This document shows positions 19,408 to 30,123 of a stretch of DNA of 64,000 nucleotides, one piece after another. The notes under the pieces are model-generated. The model was not told where the DNA came from, did no database searches, and worked only from the letters and a program-made list of their open reading frames with translations. This stretch comes from Candidatus Anstonellales archaeon. Lineage in GTDB: Archaea; Micrarchaeota; Micrarchaeia; Anstonellales; J096. The stretch spans positions 1-64,000 of the forward strand of contig JAWAFD010000002.1 in NCBI GenBank assembly GCA_038890745.1. The letters run 5' to 3'. The position numbers and the translations under genes are program-made. The first letter of the stretch is position 1; the number at the start of each line of letters is the position of its first letter.

Positions 19408-19553
19408 CCTACCACCAATCTATTATTTTAAAGTATGAAAATTTTTTAAATCTGTTCCCAATAAGCCATTTTCTAGAACAGCAAAAGCATGTTCGCCTTA
19501 TGCCGAACTACATTTCGCTAATTTTTTAAACCCTTCCAAAAAAACAAAACCCC

Positions 19554-20720
19554 ATGAGAGAAGTAGCAGTGATAGGCGTAGGTATGACTAAATTCGGAGA
19601 GCATTGGGATAAAGGGTATAGGGACCTGGTATTAGAAGCAGGATTAAAGGCAATACAGGATGCAAACTTAACAGGAAGCGAGATAAGCGCAGGGTATGTT
19701 GGAACAATGGCGAGCGGAAGCTTAATAGGGCAGGAGCATGTTGGCTCTCTCCTTGCGGATCAGATGGGCCTTACCCCAATTCCTATAACAAGGGTGGAGG
19801 GTGCATGCGCATCAGGAGGGCTTGCTCTTAGGCAGGGTTATTTGGCTGTTGCAAGCGGAATGCATGATTTTGTGGTTGTTGGCGGAGTGGAGAAGATGAA
19901 CGATCTAAGCGTTGAGCAGGTTACAGAAATTCTCGGTGGCGCAGGGGATCAGGAGTGGGAACTCTTCTTTGGCGCAACTTTTCCCGCTCTCTATGCGCTC
20001 ATAGCAAGAAGGCACATGCATGAATACGGAACAACAGAGGAGATGATGGCAAGCGTTGCTGTGAAAAACCATGCCCATGGAGCAAAAAATCCTTATGCTC
20101 AATTTCAGAATGAAATAACGATAGAAACAGTCCTCAACTCAAAGGTTGTTGCCTCCCCGTTAAAAATTTATGACTGCTCTCCAATTACAGATGGTGCCGC
20201 GGCTGTGATCCTTGCTCCGTTGGAAAAGGCAAAGGAGATCCTTCCTCGGGATAAGATAGTTAGGATTGCAGCATCTGAGCAGGCAACAGACACGATTGCG
20301 CTTCATGATAGAAAAACAATTACGAGCCTTAATGCTGCAAAGGTTGCTGCGCAAAAAGCATACGCGCGCGCAAGAATAAAACCAGAGGACGTTGATGTTG
20401 CTGAGGTGCACGACTGTTTCACGATTGCGGAGATTATTGCAACTGAGGATTTGGGCTTCTTCAAGCCTGGCGAAGGAGGAAGGGCTGCTTTAGAAGGAGA
20501 GACAAGTTTTGGGGGGAAGGTTGTGATAAACACTAGCGGAGGATTGAAGGCATGCGGGCATCCTGTTGGAGCAACCGGAGTAAAGCAAGCGGTTGAGATT
20601 GTATGGCAGTTGAGAGGTGAGGCAGAGAAAACTCAGGTTGAGAACGCAGAGATAGGGCTTACACACAATGTTGGAGGAAGCGGTGGGACAGCAGTTGTCC
20701 ATATATTTACGAGGGTGTGA
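19554..20720 (+). CDS. Acetyl-CoA acetyltransferase (archaeal thiolase)
   Basis: [22 protein letters not shown]. Confidence 0.96.
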   Translation: MREVAVIGVGMTKFGEHWDKGYRDLVLEAGLKAIQDANLTGSEISAGYVGTMASGSLIGQEHVGSLLADQMGLTPIPITRVEGACASGGLALRQGYLAVASGMHDFVVVGGVEKMNDLSVEQVTEILGGAGDQEWELFFGATFPALYALIARRHMHEYGTTEEMMASVAVKNHAHGAKNPYAQFQNEITIETVLNSKVVASPLKIYDCSPITDGAAAVILAPLEKAKEILPRDKIVRIAASEQATDTIALHDRKTITSLNAAKVAAQKAYARARIKPEDVDVAEVHDCFTIAEIIATEDLGFFKPGEGGRAALEGETSFGGKVVINTSGGLKACGHPVGATGVKQAVEIVWQLRGEAEKTQVENAEIGLTHNVGGSGGTAVVHIFTRV

Positions 20721-21115
20721 AAATGAGAGAGTCTGTTCCTTTATCTTGGAGAAGGTATCCTGAGAGGTACAGGATGGAGGGTACCCAGTGCACAAATTGC
20801 GGGGAAAAGTTTTTCCCTCCAAGAAAAGTTTGTCCAAATTGCAGGAGAAAGGGAAAGATAGCGCCTTTTAGGTTTTCTGGGAAAGGAGAGGTGTACAGCT
20901 ATACCATTGTCTTCTCCCCCCCAGCAGGTTTTGAAGAGCAGGTTCCATACACAATAGTTCTCGTTAAGCTTGATGAAGGAGCGATGGTTCTTGGGCAGCT
21001 TGTTGATAATGGAGATGTTAAAATAGGGGATAGGGTAGAAGCCGTTTTTAGAAAAATTCAGAGCGATGACCCTGAAGGGCTTATACATTATGGGTTCAAA
21101 TTTAGAAAAATATAG
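20717..21115 (+). CDS. DUF35 Zn-ribbon/OB-fold thiolase partner
   Basis: CxxC..CPxC plus OB fold, YGFKF; directly after thiolase. Confidence 0.93.
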   Translation: MKMRESVPLSWRRYPERYRMEGTQCTNCGEKFFPPRKVCPNCRRKGKIAPFRFSGKGEVYSYTIVFSPPAGFEEQVPYTIVLVKLDEGAMVLGQLVDNGDVKIGDRVEAVFRKIQSDDPEGLIHYGFKFRKI

Positions 21116-21148
21116 GGTTAAAAAGGTTTTTACACATAAATTTATTTT

Positions 21149-22207
21149 GTGAAACTAAGATTTTTTGATGAAAGGAAAAAAGGGGAGTTCTACAAAACCG
21201 TTAGGAGCTCTGTTATGGAGGAAGAGAGTGGTGAATCTTATATTCTCCTAAGGTATAAAGGCTCTAAACCAAAAACAGCTTTTGCAGAGTATCTTCTTGA
21301 AAACCTTGATAAAATAAAAAAAAGAGCCCGTGCGAACAAGGAAAACATAAGGAGCAAGAACCTTGTTTACGAGATAGAGTACCCACCAGGAAAGCAGGAA
21401 AAGAAGAGCTATATCATAAAGATGCCAGATTTTGACATCATGGAGGATAGGGGGATGAGTGAACAAAAGGCAAGGAGCATAGAGCATGAATTCTATTCAA
21501 ATGTTTATCTTCATGAGCTTTTAGAATACCCCATGGAGTATGGGTTTGGTGAAAAGGAGAGGATAGTCCCCCTTCCATCCTGTTTGATATTCAATCAAAA
21601 AACAAACGAAATCATATTTGTTAGAAACAGCGTAATAAACACCCCGCTTTCCATAATCGCAGGGGAAAGGGTTTCTGATATTGTGGCTAGAAATACAATT
21701 CTGAATACTGCAATAGCATTGGCGCTCTTTACAAGGCTTGGTATACATCACGATATGCATTTCGCAAACATAGGTGTGGATTTTTCAAGCAACAAATGCA
21801 GTGTTGTGTTTTTTGACCTGGAGAATTTTATTCCTATTGAGTGGATTAAGAAAACAAAGGTTCCTGAAAAAATTTTTTCCTCGCTTTCCTCCACCCTGCT
21901 GGTTTTGATTGGGGTTGGAATAATACGGAACGTTGAGCAGGTCGAGATGTTTAAGGATAAATATTTGGAAGTGAATGAAACATGGATTCTTGAAAACAAC
22001 CCAGAGATAATTCGTGCGTTAAACAAAAAAAACCCGTTCGCATCAAACGATAGGGAAATAGCCCTTTACCGTGCGCTCACAGAATTAAGACTTAAGAATC
22101 TTGCAAAGCCGGCTTTTTGGATGCCTGAAGAGATAACACAAAGAGTAATGGCAGCACTATATTTCCTCTGGAAGGCTGTGAGGATACTTACAGCAGGTAG
22201 GGTGTAG
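21149..22207 (+). CDS. Protein-kinase-like fold orphan
   Basis: YIIK, EHE, HHDMHFANI, FFDLE. Confidence 0.6.
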   Translation: MKLRFFDERKKGEFYKTVRSSVMEEESGESYILLRYKGSKPKTAFAEYLLENLDKIKKRARANKENIRSKNLVYEIEYPPGKQEKKSYIIKMPDFDIMEDRGMSEQKARSIEHEFYSNVYLHELLEYPMEYGFGEKERIVPLPSCLIFNQKTNEIIFVRNSVINTPLSIIAGERVSDIVARNTILNTAIALALFTRLGIHHDMHFANIGVDFSSNKCSVVFFDLENFIPIEWIKKTKVPEKIFSSLSSTLLVLIGVGIIRNVEQVEMFKDKYLEVNETWILENNPEIIRALNKKNPFASNDREIALYRALTELRLKNLAKPAFWMPEEITQRVMAALYFLWKAVRILTAGRV

Positions 22208-22255
22208 CCCCCAAACCCTTTAATTCTTTTGCTGTTTTTAAAAATAGGTGCTTTT

Positions 22256-22540
22256 ATGAAAATTTCAGAGTTGAAAGCAAACCGGAATGCCACTGTTGAG
22301 GGAAAGGTTGTGAGCAAGGATGAGCCAACAGAAGTTACTACAATGGCAGGGAAGGTTGTAAAGGTTGCTAATGCGGTTTTGCAGGATGAAACCGGAAGAA
22401 TCACTCTTGTCCTCTGGGCTGAGGATGCTGAGAGGATAAAAAAAGGGGATAGGGTAAGAGTGGAGAATGGATGGGTAAGCGCGTACGGAGGGATTCTGAA
22501 GCTCTCTGCAGGAAGGAGCGGAAAAATAGTAAAGCTGTGA
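22256..22540 (+). CDS. ssb: Single-OB-fold ssDNA-binding protein
   Basis: MKISELK..DETGRITLVLW..VENGW. Confidence 0.88.
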   Translation: MKISELKANRNATVEGKVVSKDEPTEVTTMAGKVVKVANAVLQDETGRITLVLWAEDAERIKKGDRVRVENGWVSAYGGILKLSAGRSGKIVKL

Positions 22541-22551
22541 TGCCTGCGACC

Positions 22552-23235
22552 CTATATTTTTCCCAAAGCTTCCTTCAATTTGCTTATCTCCATCTTCGTT
22601 ACTATAACCGGTATTTTTTCTCTCTCTGAGATTTTTAGAGCAAGCGGGTCAACCTTTTCGAGGTTGAAAAGAACAACTGCTTTTGGTTTTGTTGGAGCAA
22701 CCCGTATGACTACAAGCGGGCTTCTTCCGGTGCTTACCCCGGTGAATATGAATGCCTTGTCCCCTATGCTTCCATAAAGCTTTGGGAAGTGTGGGTAGGG
22801 CATTTCCAGGATAACTTTCATGCTGTCTATGAGGGTGTATCCATAGATTTTTATTTCATCCAAAAGCTCCTGGTTTGTGAGAACCTTTCCTTCTATAAGC
22901 TTCACAAAATCAGAAAGAAGAATTCCTCTTGTAAATTCGTGCACTTCAAAGTACTCTTCACTCTCCTTTTCTTCTTGGCTCAGCTTTTTTGCAATCATCC
23001 CCCCTCTTTTTGCATCTATCTCAAAAAGCGCATTCACAAACCTTTTTATCACATTTATCCCGGGGCTTTTTCTTCTGTTGCTCTCGTAATCGCTTATGGT
23101 TGAAGAGCTTATGTTAAGATGTTTTGCAAGCTCTGCTTGGCTTATTGCAAAAAGCTCCCTCCACTTTCTCATGGTTTCTCCTGGGCTGCTGCTCATCGTA
23201 ATCTCGCCAGCTATGGAGAGCTTTATTTTTTCCAT
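22552..23235 (-). CDS. XRE-HTH transcriptional regulator (conserved archaeal family)
   Basis: PGETMRKWRELF, ISDYESNRRKSPG, VSTGRSPLV. Confidence 0.9.
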   Translation of the reverse strand: MEKIKLSIAGEITMSSSPGETMRKWRELFAISQAELAKHLNISSSTISDYESNRRKSPGINVIKRFVNALFEIDAKRGGMIAKKLSQEEKESEEYFEVHEFTRGILLSDFVKLIEGKVLTNQELLDEIKIYGYTLIDSMKVILEMPYPHFPKLYGSIGDKAFIFTGVSTGRSPLVVIRVAPTKPKAVVLFNLEKVDPLALKISEREKIPVIVTKMEISKLKEALGKI

Positions 23236-24588
23236 CTATATCTCCTCTTCTGGGTTGAACAGCACCCTCCCCCCTATCCTTTCTATTCTGTAATCCTCCT
23301 CAAACCCTAAAAACATATCTGTTGGCAAAATATTAAATATTTTATTAACATATATCCTGTCGCCCTCAAAAACATTAGCATACGCTATGGATATTTTTTT
23401 TGCGCTTTCAACCTGCCCCATAACTATTACATCACCGGGAAATGCCCTGTTTCTGTATATGGATGCAGTCCGAATGGAAGCGCCTATATCATTCTTTACA
23501 TTTTCTCCCCTTTCATCATAAGAGAGACGGATGTAAAACCTCTGGGAGAACATCCTTTTCATTCCCATCCCAATTATCGTTGATAGTTTTGCTACGATCT
23601 CTCCTCCAGAGATGATGTAATCTACTCCTTCCTTTAGCCCTTCTTTTTTGAAAAACTCGATGAAATCCGGGCTTACTATAACTTCACTGTTGAATGCCCG
23701 TTCTCTCCTCTTTCTCTCTTCATTAAACATCTTCGCATCCCCGCCAAAATTCATCATGTATACTCCTATTCTTTTTGCTCTTTTCATGTTTTCAATCCTT
23801 CGCTCCATTCTTGTTCTTTCCACTCCCTCAAAGGATGGGATGATCTCCTTTGCAAATTCTGTATTCAGGAGGATTTCATGCCATGGAATATTCTTTGCTT
23901 TTTTTATTCCTCCAAAGATTACATTATCAAGCCTTTTTTTAGCTTGGCAGAGGGCGACGAGAGGGGAGGAGCTTAGGGAGAGCACCCTTTTATTCCATGA
24001 GTACACGCTTTCTTCATCAACTATAAAAACAACGCTTGCGAGCGAGAGGTTCATGTCCCCTTTTTTATCAGAGAAGTACAAGCATGGCTCTATGCTATCG
24101 GTTTCATAACAAACTGCAAACGGTGGCTTAAGAAAAGGGAAGGGAGGTTTTGTTGTTTTTAGTTCACCAACGAGCTTTCCGCTCTGGTCGAATATTTCTG
24201 TCTTATTTCCGTTGTTTATGAGAATTCGCTCTGTTCTTTTTATTCCTAATGGGGTTTCAACCGGGAATGAGAGGATTTTTGAAATTTCTGAAAACCTCTT
24301 TTCCAAAAGAATTGGGAGGATGTTTGATTTTGCTATCTTATCGAATACAAAGGCCTCCCACTCAGTTTCTCCGAATAATTCAACATGCCTTGCCATGTAA
24401 TCCAGAAATATCCCGGAGAGTACGATGCTTCTTGCATCCCCTTCCTCAGCCCTTCTCAAAACCCTTCCTAAATACGAGGTGCTTGGAGCGAAGAGTGTTC
24501 TTGCTGCGCTTTCTGAGAGAAAGCCCTCCTCAACCTTTGAGAAGTATTGCATGCCTTCTTCCCTAAGCAGTTTTTCTATCTCTTCCAT
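23236..24588 (-). CDS. Hypothetical protein
   Basis: 450-aa ORF coupled to its neighbours. Confidence 0.7.
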   Translation of the reverse strand: MEEIEKLLREEGMQYFSKVEEGFLSESAARTLFAPSTSYLGRVLRRAEEGDARSIVLSGIFLDYMARHVELFGETEWEAFVFDKIAKSNILPILLEKRFSEISKILSFPVETPLGIKRTERILINNGNKTEIFDQSGKLVGELKTTKPPFPFLKPPFAVCYETDSIEPCLYFSDKKGDMNLSLASVVFIVDEESVYSWNKRVLSLSSSPLVALCQAKKRLDNVIFGGIKKAKNIPWHEILLNTEFAKEIIPSFEGVERTRMERRIENMKRAKRIGVYMMNFGGDAKMFNEERKRRERAFNSEVIVSPDFIEFFKKEGLKEGVDYIISGGEIVAKLSTIIGMGMKRMFSQRFYIRLSYDERGENVKNDIGASIRTASIYRNRAFPGDVIVMGQVESAKKISIAYANVFEGDRIYVNKIFNILPTDMFLGFEEDYRIERIGGRVLFNPEEEI

Positions 24589-25583
24589 ACCCTTCCCTCC
24601 AGGAAAAGTGCAAGGGTTTTTCCATCAGGCTGGCCGAAAAAGAAAAGGAATTTTGGAAGTTTTGCGAATATTCTTAGAAGAACTGGATTTGCCTTTATCC
24701 TTCCTCCCATACTCTCCTTCATCATCTGCTTTAGAATATCGCTTAGGTTCATGCTAACCATTCCGCATGCATAAAGCGCTGGCAGGACTCTTCTCAAAAA
24801 AACGTACCTCAAAATTGGGTCAAGGGAGGAGGCAAAAACCCTCAACTCTCTCAGCTTTGCCCTTCCTATTGCCTTTAGCAGCATGAGGTATTTTTCATCG
24901 CTTAGAACCTTCGCGTACGCCCTTAGGAGCCTTATAAGATGGGTCTTTCCCTTAACTCCGAAAATTTTTGCAAATCCTTTTTTGTTTATAGGGAACGCTT
25001 TTTTCAGGAAAAACCTCGCCTCCTTTTCGCTCATGATAAAATTTATCGCATCCACAAAAGCCGGGTGTTCCTTCCCTATCTCAGAAAGCGCTTTCTCCAG
25101 CCCCTTTTTGTCATTGCTCTCGATCAACCTCGCTATTTCCAGCAAATTTTCAGGGGGAATGGATTCAACTTCATAGGAAAGGGTTTCTAAATAGTTTCCC
25201 ATACTCTCTGCTTTTGCAACAAGCTCCCTTCCCCCTTCTTCAAATCCTTTCTTTTCGAAATAATACTCTGCGATTTTCCTTGCCCTTTCTAGCTCCTCCC
25301 TTTCCCATTTCTTTTTCTTTTCCTCCATCTCCGCAGAAAGCGCAAAATAATTGAAAAACTCTGCTTTGTTTGCCGGCTTTGCCATCTCCTTCAAATTATC
25401 CCGGATCGCGTATTGGTTTAATGGGTTGAAGGGGTTTTTGAAGAAATCCATAAAATAGTTGAAGAAGATTTTCGGAAAACTCTCCTGCTTTTTTTCTTCT
25501 TTTTTCGGTCTTTGCGCCTGCTGGAGCGCAAATACCTCTATACTACTTGGCCTTTCTTCTCTTATGATAATAGGCTGAACCAT
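24576..25583 (-). CDS. Hypothetical protein
   Basis: Long helical-looking ORF. Confidence 0.7.
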   Translation of the reverse strand: MVQPIIIREERPSSIEVFALQQAQRPKKEEKKQESFPKIFFNYFMDFFKNPFNPLNQYAIRDNLKEMAKPANKAEFFNYFALSAEMEEKKKKWEREELERARKIAEYYFEKKGFEEGGRELVAKAESMGNYLETLSYEVESIPPENLLEIARLIESNDKKGLEKALSEIGKEHPAFVDAINFIMSEKEARFFLKKAFPINKKGFAKIFGVKGKTHLIRLLRAYAKVLSDEKYLMLLKAIGRAKLRELRVFASSLDPILRYVFLRRVLPALYACGMVSMNLSDILKQMMKESMGGRIKANPVLLRIFAKLPKFLFFFGQPDGKTLALFLEGRVWKR

Positions 25584-25660
25584 CAAAATCTATTACTTTG
25601 CCAGGATTTTTATTTGTTGCGTTTGGAATTCGCTAAATAAAAAGATAAAATAAAGAAAGA

Positions 25661-27919
25661 TTATGCCGTCGGTCGCGGTGCTTTCAGACTACCATCGCAC
25701 TTATACGTTGGTTTTCCGAAGAAAGCAGTCCTCCAATCTTGGAACTCACCATCACGCCCTCTCAGTCTTGAACCGTCTTCTGGCTTCTCCTCTTGCATCT
25801 CTTTTAGCATCTCTTTTTCCACTTCCTTAACCGCTTCATTTATAACCTGCTCTATATCTGTTCTTCCTCTGTTCAACTTTTCAGCAATTATTTTCAGACT
25901 CTCCTTTCTCCACAGATCGTTTTGGTCTCCGAGGTTTGTTGCTTTTACCGGTCCTCCCTCAATAATTACAACATGCTCAGGGACTTGTAGCGTACCTAAG
26001 TATTCACCAATCGTAATTGGATGATCTATGTAATCTTTGTTGCTCGGCTGGAAAAGAATTTTTTCAGCACTATCCACGCTTATTGTTCCTCCGCCAACAC
26101 CGATTTCAAATGTTCCAACAGAACCTGGTGGTGTGTATCCTGGCGGTTGTGGGAGATCCTGGAGACCCTGTCCTCCATATCCTGGAATCCCCAGCTCTTG
26201 CAGAACCTCATCCGCAGATGGAATTCTACGCTGTTCTTGTTCTGCCTCTGGTGCTGGTTCGTATTTCTTACCGGTAAGCTGCTCATAAATCGATGGCTGT
26301 AAACTAACCCTCATGGTTGCTTCCAACTCTCCTATCTGCTCCAAAATCTCCTCTTTCTTTTTAGGATCGGTTTCCGACTTATATTTTTCAACGAGCCTTT
26401 TTAGTTCGGATAGCTGCCTTATCTGTGAGTCGTATTCTGAATCGATTTCACTTTTTCTCCCCGTTTGAAGGCTTTGATAGTTTGCAATCTGCTTCTGTAA
26501 TGCCTCCACTCCACCATCTTTGCCCTTCGTATTAAGAGCGTCAACTAAAACCTGGCCCTCCGGAACAAGGTAAATTCCCGCCTCCATTAATGCTTTTGCC
26601 AGCGTTTTGTCAAAGTTTTCTCCGCTGAGATTTCTCTTATTCGCCATTTCTTGAAGAGTTTTATTAAGTGTTTCTATGTTTTTACCCCAGTTTCCTTTAT
26701 CCTTATACCCGCATTTTTCCTTCAACACTCTTACTGCTTCAGGTGTGAGGCATGCTTCCCATTCTCCATTCGCCGTGGAGTAGTAGCTTACAAGTCCGGC
26801 TCCATTAGCTTCGATGAGAATGATATCTATCGTTGAGGATTTGGTTTCTATGGTGTACAACATCTGGCCATAATTTATAATCGGGTCATAATACCCGACC
26901 TTTTGTTGGTATTCACTCTGTCTCCCACTTTCTAATGTGTTTATGACTGAGTTTATTCTATCAAGCGCATTTTGTACTTTTATCTGCTCTTGCGTTGGCG
27001 GTTGTGTTTGTTGTGTTTGCTGACTTGGTGTCTGTTGGCCGCCGCCGCTGGGCATCTGCTGGGAAACCCCCGGATATGGTTTTGCAGCTTGAACAGGGGG
27101 AACCTGATAGCCATAATCAACATACGCCCTGTTATAAATTCTATAAACATCAGAAATTACGGATTTTGGAAAGTCTAGGCTTACCCATCCTTGTGGAGTT
27201 TGGATTCCTAGTGGTAGATATTGCAGTGCAAGTGTAAGCGTCCACTTCGAAGAATCAACATTTGCCATCATTGTTGCTACTGCTATATCAACAGCTTTTT
27301 CCATATTTGGCCTGCCTATTCCATACCCGAGCGTAGCAATAGAAGCATAAGCAACTGCAAACTCTTCCACTTGGACAGAATCAGGGTTTATTCCAAGTAT
27401 AGCACACAATTCAGGTACTTTGTGGTTTTTTGCGTACTGATATTCTTCCAAAAATAGCAATTGTTTATATTGGTAATCAGTTAATCCTGTTCCGTATCTT
27501 TGCTGAAGAAGATACCTGGTTCCTGGGCTTAATGCCCATGCAGGAAGGACAATTTCTAAAACACGTGGGTCAACTGTAGCCTTAAGTTCAGCGATCCTTG
27601 AATTTACTTTCTTCATATCTGCTTTATTCATGTCTGCTGGTTTTGGTTCACTAGTCTGAACTTGTTGGGCTTGCTGAGCTGCCATCTCTGCTTCTTTCTT
27701 TTCCCATTCCTTTTTTGCTTCTTCGATCTGCTTAGAATAGTCTTTAATATTAAAATAGCTTCCAGATGAGCCTCCTGAACTTGCTACCAAGCTGGTGTCT
27801 GCCGTGGTTCTACCACTATAAAAAATGTTAAAAATATCGCCTGGCGTGTATGCATTCGCAGCCCCAAACATACCCAAACCAGCAATTAGCATTTTATATG
27901 CCCAGTCCTTTACTCCCAT
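25661..27919 (-). CDS. Large secreted orphan with Gln/Pro-rich linkers and coiled coils
   Basis: Signal peptide; GGTGAG SD; low-complexity linkers. Confidence 0.75.
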   Translation of the reverse strand: MGVKDWAYKMLIAGLGMFGAANAYTPGDIFNIFYSGRTTADTSLVASSGGSSGSYFNIKDYSKQIEEAKKEWEKKEAEMAAQQAQQVQTSEPKPADMNKADMKKVNSRIAELKATVDPRVLEIVLPAWALSPGTRYLLQQRYGTGLTDYQYKQLLFLEEYQYAKNHKVPELCAILGINPDSVQVEEFAVAYASIATLGYGIGRPNMEKAVDIAVATMMANVDSSKWTLTLALQYLPLGIQTPQGWVSLDFPKSVISDVYRIYNRAYVDYGYQVPPVQAAKPYPGVSQQMPSGGGQQTPSQQTQQTQPPTQEQIKVQNALDRINSVINTLESGRQSEYQQKVGYYDPIINYGQMLYTIETKSSTIDIILIEANGAGLVSYYSTANGEWEACLTPEAVRVLKEKCGYKDKGNWGKNIETLNKTLQEMANKRNLSGENFDKTLAKALMEAGIYLVPEGQVLVDALNTKGKDGGVEALQKQIANYQSLQTGRKSEIDSEYDSQIRQLSELKRLVEKYKSETDPKKKEEILEQIGELEATMRVSLQPSIYEQLTGKKYEPAPEAEQEQRRIPSADEVLQELGIPGYGGQGLQDLPQPPGYTPPGSVGTFEIGVGGGTISVDSAEKILFQPSNKDYIDHPITIGEYLGTLQVPEHVVIIEGGPVKATNLGDQNDLWRKESLKIIAEKLNRGRTDIEQVINEAVKEVEKEMLKEMQEEKPEDGSRLRGRDGEFQDWRTAFFGKPTYKCDGSLKAPRPTA

Positions 27920-28029
27920 GTTCTCACCACTATATTTTTATGGAAATACATATTTTTAAACCTTTCTACACCATACTGAAAAACAACAACGTTTTTAAGC
28001 ATTTCATATGAGTTTTTTTCGGTGGTTTT

Positions 28030-28479
28030 ATGAATTTGGGAAAGGGATTTGGAGCGGCAAAGATACCTGTAATCATTCTGGTTGTTCTTGCGGCTCTTAG
28101 TTCAGTGTTGGGTGCGATACCAGTAATAGGAGGGATGCTTACATGCTTAGTCGGGCTGCCGATGTTTTTAATATCTGTAGCGCTCTACCTCTGGCTTGGC
28201 TTCCTTATATACAAGGAAAAGCTTGAGATTGTGGATGCCGCAGTTGTTGGCGGACTGACAGGCCTGATTGCAGCAGTTGTTGGCGGAGTAATCTCTCTGA
28301 TAGCAAGCATGCTTGGTATAGGAGTGGGAATGGCAACTGGCAGTACGGATATGTTCGGAGCTGCTTTCGGTGCGGGAGTAGGAGTGATTGCGATAGTGTT
28401 CGGCGCAGTGGTTGGATTTGTGTTCGGCTTAATTCTGGCAGCAATCGGCTACTTCCTAGGGAGCGTGCTGAAGAAATAA
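28030..28479 (+). CDS. Gly-rich membrane protein (paralog 1)
   Basis: About 4 TMs; LYLWLG..DAAVVGGLTG. Confidence 0.8.
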   Translation: MNLGKGFGAAKIPVIILVVLAALSSVLGAIPVIGGMLTCLVGLPMFLISVALYLWLGFLIYKEKLEIVDAAVVGGLTGLIAAVVGGVISLIASMLGIGVGMATGSTDMFGAAFGAGVGVIAIVFGAVVGFVFGLILAAIGYFLGSVLKK

Positions 28480-28484
28480 CCTAA

Positions 28485-28512
28485 ATTTTTTATTTTTTCT
28501 TTTTTTACTTTT
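28485..28512 (+). terminator. Oligo-T archaeal terminator
   Basis: Several T-runs right after the stop codon. Confidence 0.55.
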
Positions 28513-28565
28513 TAGCGGCGCAGTTAAAGTTAATATTTTTTAAATTATCGTATTATCATAATACC

Positions 28566-29054
28566 ATGGATATTGGGAAGGCTTTTGGAGCGGCTAGGGC
28601 CGCGTTGCTCCTTATATTCTTGTTTGCTATTGTTCGTTCAGTTGGACTTTTTTTATCTTCTTCCATTTCTGAGATTGAGATATTCGGCGAGTTGTTTGAG
28701 AGCGTATTTGTTTGTGTTGTTGTACCAGTAATTCTTATCATAAATGTTTTGATATACCTCTGGCTGGGCCAGCTAGTATGCAAGGCAAAGCTTGGGATGT
28801 TGGATGCAGCAGTTGTTGGCGGGCTCACGGGAGCGATAGATGGTATAATTACCGGAGCGATTTTCACAATTGCCTCCCTCTTGGGGGTAAGAACAATGGG
28901 TGGTATTACCACGGGCACCATCGGCACAGTGTTCTATGGGCTAGGAGTTGGATTTATTGCAACTATTCTTTTAGTAGTACTGTTGCTTTTCGTTGGTCTA
29001 GTTCTTTCAGTGATAGGATACATGATGAGCCAGGGTATTAAAAATAAAAAATAA
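28566..29054 (+). CDS. Gly-rich membrane protein (paralog 2)
   Basis: IYLWLG..DAAVVGGLTG shared with the upstream gene. Confidence 0.8.
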   Translation: MDIGKAFGAARAALLLIFLFAIVRSVGLFLSSSISEIEIFGELFESVFVCVVVPVILIINVLIYLWLGQLVCKAKLGMLDAAVVGGLTGAIDGIITGAIFTIASLLGVRTMGGITTGTIGTVFYGLGVGFIATILLVVLLLFVGLVLSVIGYMMSQGIKNKK

Positions 29055-29062
29055 TAAAAAAT

Positions 29063-29386
29063 TTAGAATTCCGGCAGGATAGTTTTTTCTCCTTTTGCAT
29101 AAAGGTAGGTATCATAGGTTACTGCAACAACATATATTAATGGGATCACAAATGCTGGAAGGCAGAGAAGGCCTCCAACACCGAATGTTAAGAGACTGCT
29201 TACAAAATATGCCGCGACTATCACCCCATAAAGCACCCAGCATACAACCCCATATATCAAGCCCCTTTTCATGTTGTCCATGTACATGTAGCCAATTCCT
29301 GGAAATGCGATTATAATCCCGCCAACCAAAGCCAGGATGGCTGCGATCGCCGGATCCTTTTTTCTGCTTTCTGTTTTCTTTGCCAT
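29063..29386 (-). CDS. TM2-like small membrane protein
   Basis: KDPAIAAILA..PGIGYMY..KRGL. Confidence 0.75.
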   Translation of the reverse strand: MAKKTESRKKDPAIAAILALVGGIIIAFPGIGYMYMDNMKRGLIYGVVCWVLYGVIVAAYFVSSLLTFGVGGLLCLPAFVIPLIYVVAVTYDTYLYAKGEKTILPEF

Positions 29387-29436
29387 GCAGAGAATTCCTA
29401 CAAATTGTTTATTAATCTTTCCCCTCTTTCTTACTC

Positions 29437-30123
29437 ATGGAGGAGCAGTATCTTTTCAGGCAGAATAAGATTTCAACAGGAATAGAAGAGCTTGACATCA
29501 TGCTGGAAGGAGGATACTCAAATCCCGGTTCTGTTGTTCTCATTGGACCTGCAGGGATCGCAAAAGCGGTTTTTGCATTTCATTTTGCGTATGATGGAAT
29601 AAAAAAAGGCGATGCCGTATACTACCTCGCTTCAGACATGCTTCCGAAAGAGGTTGAGTCAAAATCAGCAGGTCTTGGAATGAACCTAAAAAATATAAAG
29701 TATATAGATTGCTATTCCGCAACTGTTGGGGTTAAGGATGAATCAAGGAAGGATGTTTTTGTAGATGGACCAACAGCTCTAAACGACCTGAGCTTGGTTG
29801 TGAACGATGCAATAAGGGAAAGCGCAGGGAAGAGAATAAGGTTTATATTCCACTCTTTTTCAACATTCCTCCTTTACAATCCGCAGGATTCCATTTTGAA
29901 ATTTTTCCAGGTTGTGGAAGGAAGGCTGAAGGCAGCAAACGCAACCCTTTTCCTTCTTATAGAAAAAGGGATGCATGATGAGAAGCTCCTGAATACATTT
30001 TTGCATTCTGTAGATGAGGTTTTTGAATTAGAAGAAAAGGATGGCGCGTATGAACTTTCTTCTTCTCTCCTTCCGGCTAATGTTCCTGTAAAAATCGGTC
30101 CTACAGGGGTGGAGATTGTATGA
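29437..30123 (+). CDS. KaiC/RAD55-like protein with degenerate Walker motifs
   Basis: ISTGIEELDIMLEGG; GPAGIAKA; FIFHS. Confidence 0.85.
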   Translation: MEEQYLFRQNKISTGIEELDIMLEGGYSNPGSVVLIGPAGIAKAVFAFHFAYDGIKKGDAVYYLASDMLPKEVESKSAGLGMNLKNIKYIDCYSATVGVKDESRKDVFVDGPTALNDLSLVVNDAIRESAGKRIRFIFHSFSTFLLYNPQDSILKFFQVVEGRLKAANATLFLLIEKGMHDEKLLNTFLHSVDEVFELEEKDGAYELSSSLLPANVPVKIGPTGVEIV

